Both the position numbers and the translations under genes were made by a program. 64,000 bases of DNA. Source: Mytilus trossulus (taxonomy: Eukaryota). Shown piece after piece: positions 41,218-54,107 of the stretch. Within the stretch, counting starts at the first letter, position 1, and each line of letters starts with the position of its first letter. The notes under the pieces are model-generated. The model did no database searches, had not been told where the DNA came from, and was given only the letters and a program-made list of their open reading frames with translations. The stretch is from contig NC_086382.1 of the NCBI RefSeq assembly GCF_036588685.1, forward strand, positions 25,048,001 to 25,112,000, in the 5' to 3' direction.

Positions 41218-41353
41218 CTTCCTTGTCCTTCTGTCCATTTACAATATGTTCCTGCTATGTTGTCTGTAATATTTATATATACTCCAGGTTGTGCCCAAAA
41301 CACCTTTGCAGTATCATTTACAATCCAAAATGTATGTATTTCTTTATTTAGAT
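41218..41353 (-). CDS. Tandem VirK-like domain protein, exon 3
   Basis: aatttag acceptor (weak) and AAG|GTAAGA donor; LNKEIHTFWIVNDTAKVFW...TYCKWTEGQG; phases 1/2 fit. Confidence 0.75.
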
Positions 41354-42492
41354 CTAAATTTAGATACATATTGTTATTAATTTTCTTTTCAAACACTATT
41401 TTCTCTGAATTTTTTTCGGAAAAAATCCTTATGATTTATTTTTGCATATGTTGTAACGAAATTAGATATAGAATCGATATTCTTACAATGACGATATTTC
41501 TGCAAATCAGCACAAGAAGATAGTTCATTCTGTGAGACTGTGAAATGTTGTCAACCAATGGAATTGATTGACTGCTAAATGTGGCCAACCAATGATTGAC
41601 GTAACATTGAACAATGTAATACACAGTCGCAGCTCAAGTATTTGGTGTTTGTGTTACTTCTTTAATAATCTGTTTTACAATTGCGAGAAAAAACACACTA
41701 AGAAAAAGTTTAAAAGAATTGATGTCCTACCAAAACTTTAACAGTTTTTCCATTGGTATTGTTGTTATGTTTTATTTCTTTTAAATTCATTGCAGATATT
41801 TGTTTTTTTCACTAATTTTTTGCATTGATTGTTAATCCCTAGACTCTTTGTGTTACTACATGTTTTGTTTGTTAAAAGGGTCAGGGGTAGATAATGAAAC
41901 ACAAAAGAAAAACACAAATATTGTGCAAATAACGTATGGATCATAAATTTATTATCATGAGAACCACTTCCATGATGTCTGTAAAATAATGTAAGAATTA
42001 TTACATTTTTTACGTCTACAAAGTCTGAATGGTTTTTAAATGTCTGGTTCAAATAAAGATATACTTTGTCTCTTACGATCAAAAGACTTTTGTATTGCTG
42101 TTCATGTTTGTATTTTATTTTTCAATTTGATTTTCGGTAAATCGGGTTTGTTTTAAGAACCGAGACACATTTCATATTTCCCAAGGAGCCTCATGAGCTA
42201 TTGTAAAAAATGAGAGACGTGAATAACATATAAGGATTGATTAATGAAAGGTGTTGAATACCAGTTTTACAATATGATGCTATTTCGAGGCGAGTCAGTT
42301 TTTCATATAGTGTAGGAAGCTGTAGAGCTCGGAAGAACTACCGATCTTCGGTAAGAAAACTGACAATCCTAGTCAAATAAGACTGGACTAGAGTACACCT
42401 GTCAGGTGATGATTTTAAACTCAAAACCTCAGTGTTGACATGCTGGCACAGTAATACGATTAATAAAAGGAAGAACTACAACTGATAATTAC

Positions 42493-42716
42493 CGTTTTGG
42501 TTGATGTAGTCTACGTTACTGAATATCAACTGTCCTGCATCCTCTACTGTATTTTTACTGGCACTGAAGTATTTGATTTCACCACCAAATACGGGAATGT
42601 CTTTAAATGGAGGTGAAGCGGATTGTAGACAACTCGATATGTTAAAAAAGTATCTCACTTGTGCGCCATTTTCTAGGTAAGAAACAAGCGAGTCGTAGGT
42701 TTGTACTGGAATTGAT
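42493..42716 (-). CDS. Tandem VirK-like domain protein, exon 2
   Basis: ttttttgtttag acceptor and CG|GTAATT donor; SIPVQTYDSLVSYLENGAQVRYFFNISSC...FGGEIKYF...LIFS. Confidence 0.85.
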
Positions 42717-43220
42717 CTAAACAAAAAAGTTATAGCATGTAGACAGATGTTTTAGAAATGAAATGAATCAAATCCTCCAATCATGTAACAGTTTACTGAA
42801 TTCGGTAAAGAATTACAACATGTACAACATGTGCTAAAATGGAGATTTTCTAGTAAACTTTTTGATGATCATGCAGTTCTTCGCATCAGGTTATTTACGT
42901 TTCATAGTCAACGCCCAAGAGTAAAAACGATCGACTTAAACGAAGTTGTTATACACAACCTGCCCAGTGCAATACATTCTGTAATATCTACGTTATTCAG
43001 AGATTTTAATCCTGTTTGTAATTTTTCCTTATCGGGATTCAACGAGTAAAGAGTATAAAAGTGCAATAATTTTCCTTTTTAATCGTTTTAGCGTACAGCA
43101 ACTGATTGTACGCAATGGTTTTTCATAACGAAGTAAATTCCAACAAACATTAATTTATTGCTATACAAAATCATTCAATGACATCATGATAAAAAATGAA
43201 AGACGTTTAAAAGAACTCAC

Positions 43221-43318
43221 CGTTGATTATCTGAAATCAAGAACGAAGATATAAGACAAATATTAAGACAAAACAGGTAAACTATGGAATTAGCCATTAT
43301 GACATCAGACTTCTTCAT
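43221..43318 (-). CDS. Tandem VirK-like domain protein, exon 1 (signal peptide/anchor)
   Basis: MKKSDVIMANSIVYLFCLNICLISSFLISDNQR; CG|GTGAGT donor, phase 2; five exons sum to 870 nt = 289 aa + stop. Confidence 0.8.
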
Positions 43319-43374
43319 ATTTCCGTCAAGAAAATTCTTCGAGTGATAACTTTGATGCAATGTTACCTAAAGAA

Positions 43375-43457
43375 CTGATAACCTATTTATATAACAACAT
43401 AAGACCTTGTGTTAACCACGTGGTCAAGGTCATATCATACGATATGTACAAAGTCCA
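43375..43457 (-). promoter_or_regulatory. Candidate proximal promoter of the VirK-like gene
   Basis: TATAAATA (minus strand, ~43385-43392), TGATAA 43375-43380, CACGTG 43417-43422, TCAAGGTCA 43424-43432, CAAAGTCCA 43449-43457. Confidence 0.5.
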
Positions 43458-43628
43458 AAGTACTTGCAGACATTCCATACTTTAAAACGTTTCCGTGAAT
43501 GTGAGATGGATTGGTCATTATGAGAAATTCAGTTTTCTTTGGTGAATTAACGTTTGTCTTTAGTTCATAACCAGCATTCAATAAGGAAGGTCAATTCAAT
43601 TATTGGGGAAATGGGGAGGGGTATATCT

Positions 43629-44791
43629 GTAGGACTCGGAGATGCGATGGGGACGCTAAAATGCGATGGTCACGCTGAAGTGCGATGGTCTACGCCGAAG
43701 TGCGATTGTCCGTACGCTGAAGTGTGATGGTCTATTTTACGCACTATCGCTAGTTGAACCTCCTTTCTACAGACGTTCACATATTATTATAAGTATTTTT
43801 TTCATGTATTTCTGTCTTTTTAATTTACATTTATTTTTTGTCTCTGGTGGTCCTTAATCCAGTCACATACTAAATGCGAGTTCGTACTCTTCGATTTCCT
43901 ATATATATATACGTTGTTTATCTGTGTATGCTTCGTGTATACATTTTCATTTTGAAGAAGAATTTACATCTGTAGAATAGAACGTATTTCGAGAATATTT
44001 CGCACCATCGTACGTTAAACAGAACTGTTAACTTTGTAGATTTCCCCTATCCACCAAAAAAATATTTCCCGTTTGTGTAGTTTTTTTTATATTATAAGAC
44101 CTGCATCATGTCAAAAACTGCGAGTAGTCCTATGTTTTGTTTCATTTATTATTGTCGATTTCCTGATACAATTATAGTTATTTTGTTACCTTTTCTGACA
44201 TCGGACACCATCTTCTTTTAAACTGAATTTGGTTATGTGTATTTTTGAAATGTGTTGTTTGTTATTCAATTTACATTGGATAGAGGTAAAGTGGGATGGG
44301 GTTAATTTTTCACTAATCATGTTAAAAACCGTCGCACTTTTGCGCCTGTGCAAAGTCAGGATCTTCTGGACTTTGTTTGTCTTGTATGTTATTAAATCAT
44401 ATTTAATTTTTATGATAAGGCGTTTAGTATGACGTTTATTTTCATCGAACTAGTTAGCACACTTTTTAGTTTATTAACCAGTTGAATTCCGTTTCTAGAT
44501 GTGGGCTTTTTCGCTGTGTTAAAGTACTCTTTTGTTGGTTCGTTTTTTTTACTCTTTAAGCGAGTTGTTGTCTCTTTGACACATACCCCATTTCAGTTTC
44601 AATTTTTACATTGACATATACACCGACAAGAAAAGCTTAGCAAATACGATTTTTTTAAACCATTGCACTTCGGCGTAGCTATCAGGAAATAGAGTCTCAA
44701 TGAAATTATCGCACTTCGGCGTGTTCAAAAACGCACTTCAGAGTCAAACCGTCGCGCATCTCAGCGTGACCATCGCGATTTAGAGTCCTAC
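43629..44791. mobile_element. Non-autonomous TIR element with subterminal tandem repeats
   Basis: GTAGGACTC / GAGTCCTAC ends; repeated ACGCTGAAGTGCGATGG on the left is mirrored by ATCGCACTTCGGCGT on the right. Confidence 0.65.
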
Positions 44792-45989
44792 GTAAAATTG
44801 AGAATGGACATGAGGAATTTGTCAAAGAAATAACAAAACGAACATAGAACAGACAACAACAGAAGGTCAATAACAAATCTTTAATGCAGCGAAAATTCCC
44901 GCACCCGGAGGCGTCGTTCAGTTGGCACTTAAACAAATATATATACTAGTTCAGTGATATCTATTTCAAGTACCTGTTACCAATTCAACCTTTTTCATGT
45001 GCATGAATGTTGACCAAAAATATTCTGTTGGTAATATTTCACAAAATCAATGTGGTTAAAATGCATCATTTTCTTTGAATTTCAAAAATAGTTAAACGAA
45101 CTAAACATGCCAAAGTTGTATTCATACTTTCGCAAAAAACTGTCACAAATATAAAAAACGACAACCAATGTGCTATTATTGCCAATGAGACAACTCTCAA
45201 CTAGAGACCAAAATAACACAGAAATTAACAATTATTGGTCACCTTACAGTCTTTAACAATAAGCAAAGCCCATATCGCATAGTCAGATATAAAAGGTCAC
45301 AAAATGACAGTGTAAACAATTCAAACTGAAAGCTATCGGCCTAATTCATGTAAAAAGTTGAAAGAAAGCTGGTTTACAGTTCTTTGCTTTGAATATTTGA
45401 AGATGAGGAAGCGCTTTTCTTGCTTTATTTTCAAAGAAATTGCTTAAACGTTAAAACATTTACCAGACAAGAACACTGCAAAACAACAAAAGTCTGAAAT
45501 AGCCTATATATGTACTCCACTGTACTGATTTTTACTCGACCAGTTTGAATTCGTCTGTATTTTACTCGACATTACACGAATTCAGTCTTTGTTATTCTCA
45601 ACGTATTTTGTCAAATGTCTAATCGTTTGTAAATCGTTTTTTGTTGTTGTATTTGTGTGTTATGATAAAGACAATTAATCACCTATTTCATCTATACGAT
45701 TTTGTTTTTGTATTGGATATATTTTGTTTAGTATTATATAGAACACCGACATAGCTAGGTAATACAATTAATTATCTAAATACTACCACACTAATATATA
45801 TAAGAGGGACGAAAGGTAACAGAGGGCCAGTCAAACTCATAAATCGAAAATAAACTGACAACGCCATGGATAAAAACGAAATCGACCATCATTGTAAATT
45901 TCTAGATGTGAGGCCGATTTAACTGTAAATGTTTTATCCTTTATTTCTAGGTCAATGGGATAGATGCGTTCGACATAGTCACCAAATTT

Positions 45990-46240
45990 TGAAATTTTGA
46001 ATTATTTAGTGAAAGAACATCATCTATATATATAAAGGATATCTTTCTTCCTGAAATATCCTGTATGAAGTCGGCCTTTTAATAAAAAAGTAACAAGTTG
46101 TCAAGAAGAGGGACATAATTCATTCCCATTAGAATACCAATAGTCTGTTAACAAACACGTACTCCGAACATAACAAGTATGTTGTCAATCAAGAAATCAA
46201 GCATTTTGATAATATCATTCCAGAGAATTTGTTGTCTGAA
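45990..46240 (-). mobile_element. Penelope-like RT fragment
   Basis: Minus strand DIIKMLDFLIDNILVMFG.RV..QTIGILMG..VPLL. Confidence 0.75.
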
Positions 46241-47276
46241 TCGAAATAAATGGGAGAATATAAACTAATATTGTAATTTCATGCTGTATCATTTTTACAA
46301 ACCAAATCATAAATGTCTATCTGAATTCTATACTATTTTGGGGGAAATTTTATGAAATTCAAATGTGACGTCACTGTGTGCGTTGATCTCTTCCGCTAAC
46401 TCGGATGTGACATTTTATGTGCTGATTTATGTTGTTTTATGTTTTCGTTTTTAGTCTCTGGTAAGTCGCTATTTCGGTATTACCATGCACATCTATTATA
46501 TAGTCCTTTTTTGTAAATGTTTTGTTTGCAAAAGTATGAATTAGTTTAAATAAAAGGATGTTCTTATGACAGACATGACACCTTACTCGTCCTTAGCCTT
46601 ATTGGTACTATTTTTTTGGAACTCTTTGTCCTCAATGCTCTTGAACTTTAATTTGCACTTATTTGGGCTTTCGAACTTCTTTGATCTGAGCGTCTTGTGT
46701 GAACGATACGAGCATCTGGTGTAATGGATTATAGCCTAGTGCCTTTTGATAACTATTATTCGTTTGTTTCTCTGTCCTATACGTTCTCCCATTTATTTGT
46801 ATTGTGGTCCTATCATGTCATGTTGTCATTTTAATGTTATATTTAACATTTTCATGAAAACGGGAGCATTGGCTAGCCACAACAACCAGGAAAATCACTA
46901 CAAACGTTTAATCTTTCTTAAATGAGATATATATGTATTATTATACTTTGGGTCTATGCTTTACAGAAATTAATAAAGCAAAAATCTTGTTAAGGGATGA
47001 AGTATAACAAGATGTATAAACTTTGCCCTTTTGCTTTGGGCAAACTATTTCAAAAGATTTCACATAGGCAGTGAGTATTAAATTCTAAATACTGAATAGC
47101 ATTCATCTGAAATTATAGCATCCTGTAAAACTGAAATCGCAGTGCCCTTTGAATTCATTAGATAAATAATACACGAGTAAAATAGCTTTCTTTTTACCTG
47201 TGAAACACAGATGTACTGAGGTTAATAAATATCATGAAAGAGCTTTTTGTATGCCATATCAAATACTTTATCTAAA

Positions 47277-48072
47277 TATATCATGCTTACAAGGGGTATT
47301 TGCAAAAATACCGGTTGAGAGGTAAAAATTTCCAGAGCCGTTAGGCGAGGGAAATTTGATTACCTCGAAACCGGTATTTTTGGCAAATACCCCTTGTAAG
47401 CATGATATAATTGTTTAATTCCACCGAATGTTCCACATCAGATAGTTTATTATAATCAGGTATCATATGAAATTTCGACTTGAATGTATAATTTTTGTTT
47501 ACAGTGCAGCTGTGCTATTTGCGCAGTCCGTATAATCATTTCTTATCATTGTTTTATATACATTCATTGAGTCATTGACTGTATATATATATCTCCCTTT
47601 TTATGATAAAAAGCTGGTTCTCGGCTGACTACTACACTTTGTTTATCAGTTTCAATGAAGCGTAATACAAGTGGATTCTAGTTTTATGTGACCGGTTGAC
47701 AAATCGTTTCCGTTTAAATTATGACGTCATTCTTGAAATTTTTACGTCATTCGCTCCAAATTCAATAATGATGCTTTTTATCCTAAATATTTCATCTGGA
47801 ACCATATATTTAGAATGACCATGAATTTGTCATATTAAAATCGAAATAATTCAATCAGTTATTTTTAGACATGGTATTCCCCATCTTTCATGGTATTTGC
47901 TAGGGTATTTCCCATCTGCCATGGTATTTGCTAGCAAATACCCCGGCACATGGAATTCCCCAATGGCAAATTCCCCAGCAGAGAAATGAAAATCTCAATA
48001 TATAGAAATTGGTGAAAAATACCATGTTTCTCAACCAATCAAAATACAGCATTATTACATAAGGTGGAATTA
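47277..48072. mobile_element. Non-autonomous element: 133-bp terminal palindrome plus short inverted repeats (Crypton-like architecture)
   Basis: TATATCATGCTTACAAGGGGTATTTGC (47277) perfectly mirrors 47383-47409; central GCCGTTAGGC; TAATTCCACC (47416) pairs with GGTGGAATTA (48063-48072). Confidence 0.6.
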
Positions 48073-48235
48073 TGACAAAAATCATAAAAATGTGATTAAA
48101 ATATTTTTTTACTGTAGCTTCAGAACACATTTACTTTTAAGATGGTTATCAAGGATTGCTCTAGAATTTTTATTATTATGATTGTATTAAATTCTTGGTT
48201 TCGACAAAATAGAGGTATAATATTTAAATCATTAA

Positions 48236-48508
48236 GGTGGTACCTAACACTACAGGGAGATAACTCTGTAAAATCAGATAAACGTTTTAATTTCGTTGTG
48301 TTGTTAAAGGAATATTTAGCTTCTCAATGATCAAAATAAGTGTTTGCCAAACTGCTATATAACCAGTGTAATTTTTCTGATAAAACGGTTGGTTCAATTT
48401 TTTTAGAATTTTTATATTTTTGTCAAAGGGTCAAAGTAAATACTTTGTCAAAATTTCAAGAAAATTAAACGAGCCAAATTAATTTTACTTAAAGTGTTGG
48501 GTACCACC
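48236..48508 (+). mobile_element. Kolobok-like MITE
   Basis: TIR GGTGGTACCxAACACT; TTAA on both flanks. Confidence 0.8.
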
Positions 48509-48960
48509 TTAAGTTCCTTTTGAAAATATATAATAAAAATAATTACCGCCTTTAACTAAAATCATCTGACCCCACAAATATATACATTCAGTTTATTGTT
48601 TCTTTAAAAAAAAAAAAAAAGACAAGTAATAGAAAGTAAGATAAATTATCATGGCACAAACAAAATGACTTGTCATGTTTATAAACTTTCTGATATATAT
48701 AGTTATCATGGTTATAGATGAAAAGGGATCAGAGTATATTCAAAAACAATAATCGAAAGAAAAATATTTTGATACAAGGACATATCAATGACACACTTTG
48801 TTCTATACAAATGTGATCTCGTTCAGACACGACAACCGACAATTTTTTTCAAAAGAAAGACATTTTCTTCAGAAAGATAGAATACACCCATTCAAGGTTT
48901 AAATATTTGAATGTGAAGAAATTACAGTTTTGTCAATGCCATCGAAAACTAAATTAAAAC

Positions 48961-49024
48961 ATGGACGTGTATTTATTAACGTTGTGGAATATTTACGTTT
49001 TATTTCTAGTAATTCTTGCTGTGG
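48961..49024 (+). CDS. Paralogue C exon 1, signal peptide MDVYLLTLWNIYVLFLVILAV
   Basis: AACATGG start and GG|GTAAGT donor; phase 1 matches acceptor 54146; similar to B exon 1. Confidence 0.8.
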
Positions 49025-49771
49025 GTAAGTACACCATTAACGTCGTTTTGAGCATTTTTGGGGAGAACCAAACAGTGTAAATTCGTTTATAATTTCACAA
49101 ATTTGACCTGTAGACAAACCACACATATGTCCAGGAATAATTTCATTAGATATAAGCAGTTAAAAAATACTAAATCTAATAATTAAAATGTTGATAACTC
49201 TTCACAAATACATGTAGTAAATTGTTAAAGCGTTCAGCTGATTTTAAAGCGTAAACTCTCTTCTGTGTTTTGAAAATAGATTGAAAAGCAATGTATCAAA
49301 AACAAATTGTACTTCATTAATAGTTTTATAACTTTAAATGTGAGCTTTTTGTAATAAAAACATTAGATACTTTTCATAGCCTTAGTACAGTATATAACGT
49401 TTCTACATGTAGCTAAATTGGTAACAAAAATAGTAATGATAGTCTAACCTTTCAAGCGTACAATCTATGCTGAGTTAAAAGACCCAAAATGTATAGTTTA
49501 ATTAAGTGGAGGCTCGTTGTTATACAAGTGTTCGATCGGTGATCATGAACGTCAACAAAGAAATTTACTACTTGAGATTGCTTTTAAGTAAATTCAATCA
49601 TTATGTCATGCGGTATTGGTTACTATTGTGTTTTTTCTATTGATACCGTTATTTAACAATGAATTGATATTATATTATGATATCTTTAGCCTTCGAAATT
49701 TATGTGCATTTAGTATTATAATTTTTATCTTTCATATATACAAAGAAATGAGAAATTGAATATGAAACTAA

Positions 49772-52700
49772 TAGTACGGGGACCAAGAAAGGAAAAGTCG
49801 CTTATTTAAGGAGTTTAATTGTCATTCGGACTATAAGGCTATAAATCACAGTATTGGTAGTTCAAATGTTAAGCTTAACATTTTAGCTTGTCGTCAAAAA
49901 CTCGTACGGTGCAATTTTCGTAAAATGGTCTTTGAAGTACATTAGTTTACTTGAACGAAAAATCGACTAAGAAAAGCTTGAGGTAAACATTGTAAAATAA
50001 TATCCGTTATATGTTTTCTGTTATCATATACATTGTTGTTACACCTTATTTATGTTAATTTAACGAGTTCCAAAAATGTTTAGCAAAATTAATTCGTTAT
50101 TAAAGAGTTTTTGTAAAAGTTTAACACTACGAATACAAATGCATTTAATAGAGTACGTTCCAATTTAATTTCATAATTTTTTTAACGCAAAATGTAAAAT
50201 AATTAACATTTATATGATATTTCATACATTTGTACCTTTATTAATCAATAATATATAAAATTCATTTATCTCAGAAGCACTATTTCAGCAATTCAAGCCA
50301 GACAAAATTCTTACGTTCATATGACGGAGCTATTTTAATCTCATACACAGCCTTTTATATATACATATACGCAATTGGGATGTGATGTATTACTTACACA
50401 TTTACATACTGGGATATGTTTTTTGAAGCAGTAGACATTTAGCTGTCAAATGTTAGAGCAGAATGAGAGGGTAATTGGTCTCTTCCTTGAGATCGTCATC
50501 TCAAATGTAACATTATATTTTTGTAAGCAACCGTACCGCACGAAGAAGGATACTCGATATCCTGCAATGTTCTGAGAATATTCGATCACCTTTTATAGAT
50601 AGTTACTTTGCTTTTTAGACAGATTTCTGGACATTTTAACAGTACTATGACATGGCAACAGAAAAGCCCGTTATAAAAGTCTCAAAGGAATTAGGTGGTA
50701 TTGTAGGCATAACTAATCAAAAGTCTGCGTTTGCTAGATGGACCCTTACTAGACATTTCATAGAATCAATTAGTCGTGTAATGCTGAAAAGGGATGGAAT
50801 TGCTGCAAATTATTCAAATTTACAAGAAGAAACAAAGCCAACAGCAATGAAAAAAGATGAAGAACGTGTTATTGCCATTGTGAACCATCTAAATGATCCA
50901 TGACTGATCTCTTTGGTGTGGAATCCCACCCTCAATGTCTTATCAATACCTCTTCTTAAATGCACGTTTTAAGACATATTCGATGTTCTTTGCTAACAGT
51001 TGTCGAGGAAGACTTGAACATGTCTAAACATTTTAAGATCTTAAGATCACAAGGAATTTTCATAGTCGAATATCAAAGTCAAACACAAACCTTAAATATA
51101 ATCGGGGGAAAAACTTTCAGTTTGCATAAATCCATAACTTGTGATTAGACGTGCAATAATTTCGGCAAAATGTAGAGATGAGGGATGTTATCATAGAACA
51201 TGTATTGTAGCACCCATTTCACTATCCCCTTTTCAAAATGACGGCACCATGAGATAGTCGGATTCTGAGAAGCAATTCGAATCTTAAGTCTCTTGTGGAA
51301 AACTTTGACAACTCCCATGAGATTCCACCTGATGTGAGCTTTACATAGTCAGAACGTTTGTTAATTTCGAAATGGTCAAAATTATTTATATTAACACTGT
51401 TCATGGCTGTCGTAGCTTGTTCAGCACTCAATAGAAGGCCTATATTCAATGCATTAAACTTTGACACGGAGTTTAGGGAAATGTGAAAGTCTGGAAAAAC
51501 AATCCTACGGACCTCTTATACAACTGTAATTGTTTTGTGTGTTCGCTTCTATCGAAAAAAAATAGGTCACATACACGCGGGTTGTGGTTGCAGATGTGGA
51601 ACATTAACAGTGTAAATGATGAGCGGAGATTTTCATCCATTCAATAACTATGTTCATCTTTTTCCCACAATTTGTAAAGTATCGCCTGCTGTACATGTAC
51701 TTACCTGATGCGACGCAACTTCGTTTCTGTTTGAAGTGGGTATACAAACTGTCTACAAGATTTCGAAGGACACACACGACTATTACAGTTGTTTTTAGAG
51801 TTTCTGTAAAATTGACGATAATGAAGTCCTTGTTTTGGCATAAGAGATAATTTCAAGGTTTGTGATCAAAACTATCTCTTTTAAACTACTCCATCATTAT
51901 AATTATTTAAGTTTGCCACTAGTAAAGATGTAAGTTTAGTCAGGTAACCTTCCTGCATGACAGCACTGAAACAGTGTGTTTTACGTACTCTGTTTCAAAC
52001 TAAGAATTTTTACCGCATTACACATTGCTAAACCCCTATCCGGTCAAACTTAGAATACGGTTGGCGAGGGTAAAATGATGCATTACACCCAATGTATTTT
52101 AAAGGGCATATTTCAGCAGAATTCTTGCAGGATCTTGTGTCTTCATCGAAAGCAAAATCTGCATGTGAAGGAGCCATGTGTTTGTTTACTACAAAACCTT
52201 ACATGTCCAGGGCTTTGATCCTGTAAAGGGTCAGAATTATGTAGAAAATTTTAAATCATGATTCTTGACAATAAATCAGAAGACATAAATTCTGTTGTGT
52301 GGATCTCTTTGATTGGAATGTTGAATCTATAATATTAAAATTACGAAGTCCAATTTTTCAGCCGTCATTACGTAAAAACGACGAATCAAATAATTCAACT
52401 TTATATATCACTAATATAGTACAAAGGTGTAGATTGAAAATTACACCACTCCAGGTCCTTTTGTTTTCCACGTAATTAATATTGCCAATAATTAAGAAGC
52501 TCCGGGTCGAGTCCGATACCGATACCAATAGTATATTCACCTGTTACTATTACCTACTCTGTACGTTCCGCATCTGACAGGCGCACCACCGAACGGTGTA
52601 TTGAGGGTTAATATGCTATATACACGGGTCATAATCACAGGGTTGACACTACTATATTGTCAAATAGCTACCTATTGTAGTATTTTAATAAGTAAGACTT

Positions 52701-53595
52701 TCTAAGATAACAAGACTAAAAATGAAGAACAGTTTTCAATTTGTTAGTGGGCATACATGGCGTAAAACAGCGAATCAAAGAATTCATCTTTATTTATAAC
52801 TAATATAGGACAATGTTGTTGATTAAAAATACTCCATTCCAGGACCTTTTGTTTTCCAAATAATTAATATTACCAATAATTGATTAGTTCCAGTTCGACG
52901 GGTTCAAACAGAAAAATTTGAAAGCAGAGAAAACAGTGTATCTTATAATCGGCATGACTTTATAAGATGACAATACTAGAACTAAAATATATAAGGCTTG
53001 CGCATAGTTATATACCTTAATTCAGTCACGGACCCGCAATATTACGGGTGTGTTCTAGTTGTAACTATTTTTGAAGCATTGAGTGTTTTTTAGTTTTAAT
53101 GAATTTCATGAATGATCTTATGCAAACTATGTCTTTATGACAGTAGGATGCAGGTTAAAAATAATATTTGTCATGTATTGATGAGGGTGAATGTCAACCG
53201 GCAAGGTAACTATTGTAATTTTTAACAGAATATGTGTTGATCTTGTGTAATAGAACAAGTATTTGAAAAACGCCGATTTCCAGAAAAAATCGATTTCCTT
53301 TTCATTTTTTTTTAAATTTCAAGATAATTCAGTGATAATTGACATAAGAAAATGTCTGTATCTAGAATTTAACCTAAATTACTTAATATTTCTTCAAATT
53401 TTGAAAGTATGCAGTAAAAAAAACCACAAAATTTGATCTTTGACCTCTTTTTATGCAAAACTGTTACCACATTTCTTTTTGACGACATCGATATTTCAAT
53501 AGTACTCATTTTTCCGAATCCAATGATATTTAATATAGCCATGTAGTATGTTTGACGATTAAATCTAAAAAATATTGGGTCTGGTCACCGTACTA
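49772..53595 (+). mobile_element. Decayed Academ (AcademX-like) DNA transposon in intron 1 of paralogue C
   Basis: TAG-starting TIR TAGTACGG(G/T)GACCA and TAA TSD on both sides. Relic protein GGIVGITNQKSAFARWTLTRH, an HGC-type nuclease remnant near 51400 and a Cys-rich tail near 52120-52190. Confidence 0.7.
52325..53059 (-). mobile_element. Helentron/HINE-like element nested in the Academ relic
   Basis: Minus strand starts ACTAGAACACACCCGTAATATTGCGGGT (hairpin) and ends ATAGAT; internal duplication 52375-52500 vs 52770-52885. Confidence 0.5.
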
Positions 53596-53692
53596 TAAAT
53601 TGACGTGGTAAATTTCATATAGTACCTGACTAATGTATCAATGAATAATATCAGCGTGTTTTGTTGATTTGAAAAAAATATGTATATTTAAA

Positions 53693-53923
53693 GGTGGTAC
53701 CCAACACTTTAACTTAAATCAATTTGGCTCGCTTTTGACAAAAATATAAGAATTTCAAAAAATTGGAACCAACCGTTTTATCAGAAAAATCACTGGTTAT
53801 ATAGCAGTTTGTCAAACACTTATTTTGATCTTTGAGAAGCTTGATATTCCTTTAACAAGACAACGTAATTAAAACGTTTAGCTGATTTTACAGAGTTATC
53901 TCCCTGTTGTGTTAAGTATCACC
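53693..53923 (-). mobile_element. Kolobok-like MITE, inverted copy of 48236..48508
   Basis: Reverse-complement match with an internal deletion; CACC|TTAA end. Confidence 0.8.
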
Positions 53924-54065
53924 TTAATTTGGTAAGTATTATTTATTTCAAAATAAAACTCAAATGAAAAGGTCATTAAGTTTATATATATACAGTCTCT
54001 AATGTCGTATAGCTAATGATACGCCGTTACTTATATATCCTCGGATTTCAAATGTTTGGCCTTTA

Positions 54066-54107
54066 GCGTTCCTGATGAAGGGAACTCCAGAAAAGCGCTT
54101 CAGACAC
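54066..54107 (+). ncRNA. Minimal type I hammerhead-like motif ~40 nt upstream of the paralogue C acceptor
   Basis: gcgttc-CTGATGA-agggaactcca-GAAA-agcgc-TTC-agacac; core present, stem I mismatched. Confidence 0.5.

Noticed and set aside
38127-43318. Bacterial contamination as the source of the VirK-like sequence
   Set aside because: The gene has four spliceosomal introns containing host MITEs, a TATA box and a polyA signal
50652-50903. 83-aa ORF as a host gene
   Set aside because: Fragment of the decayed Academ-like transposase
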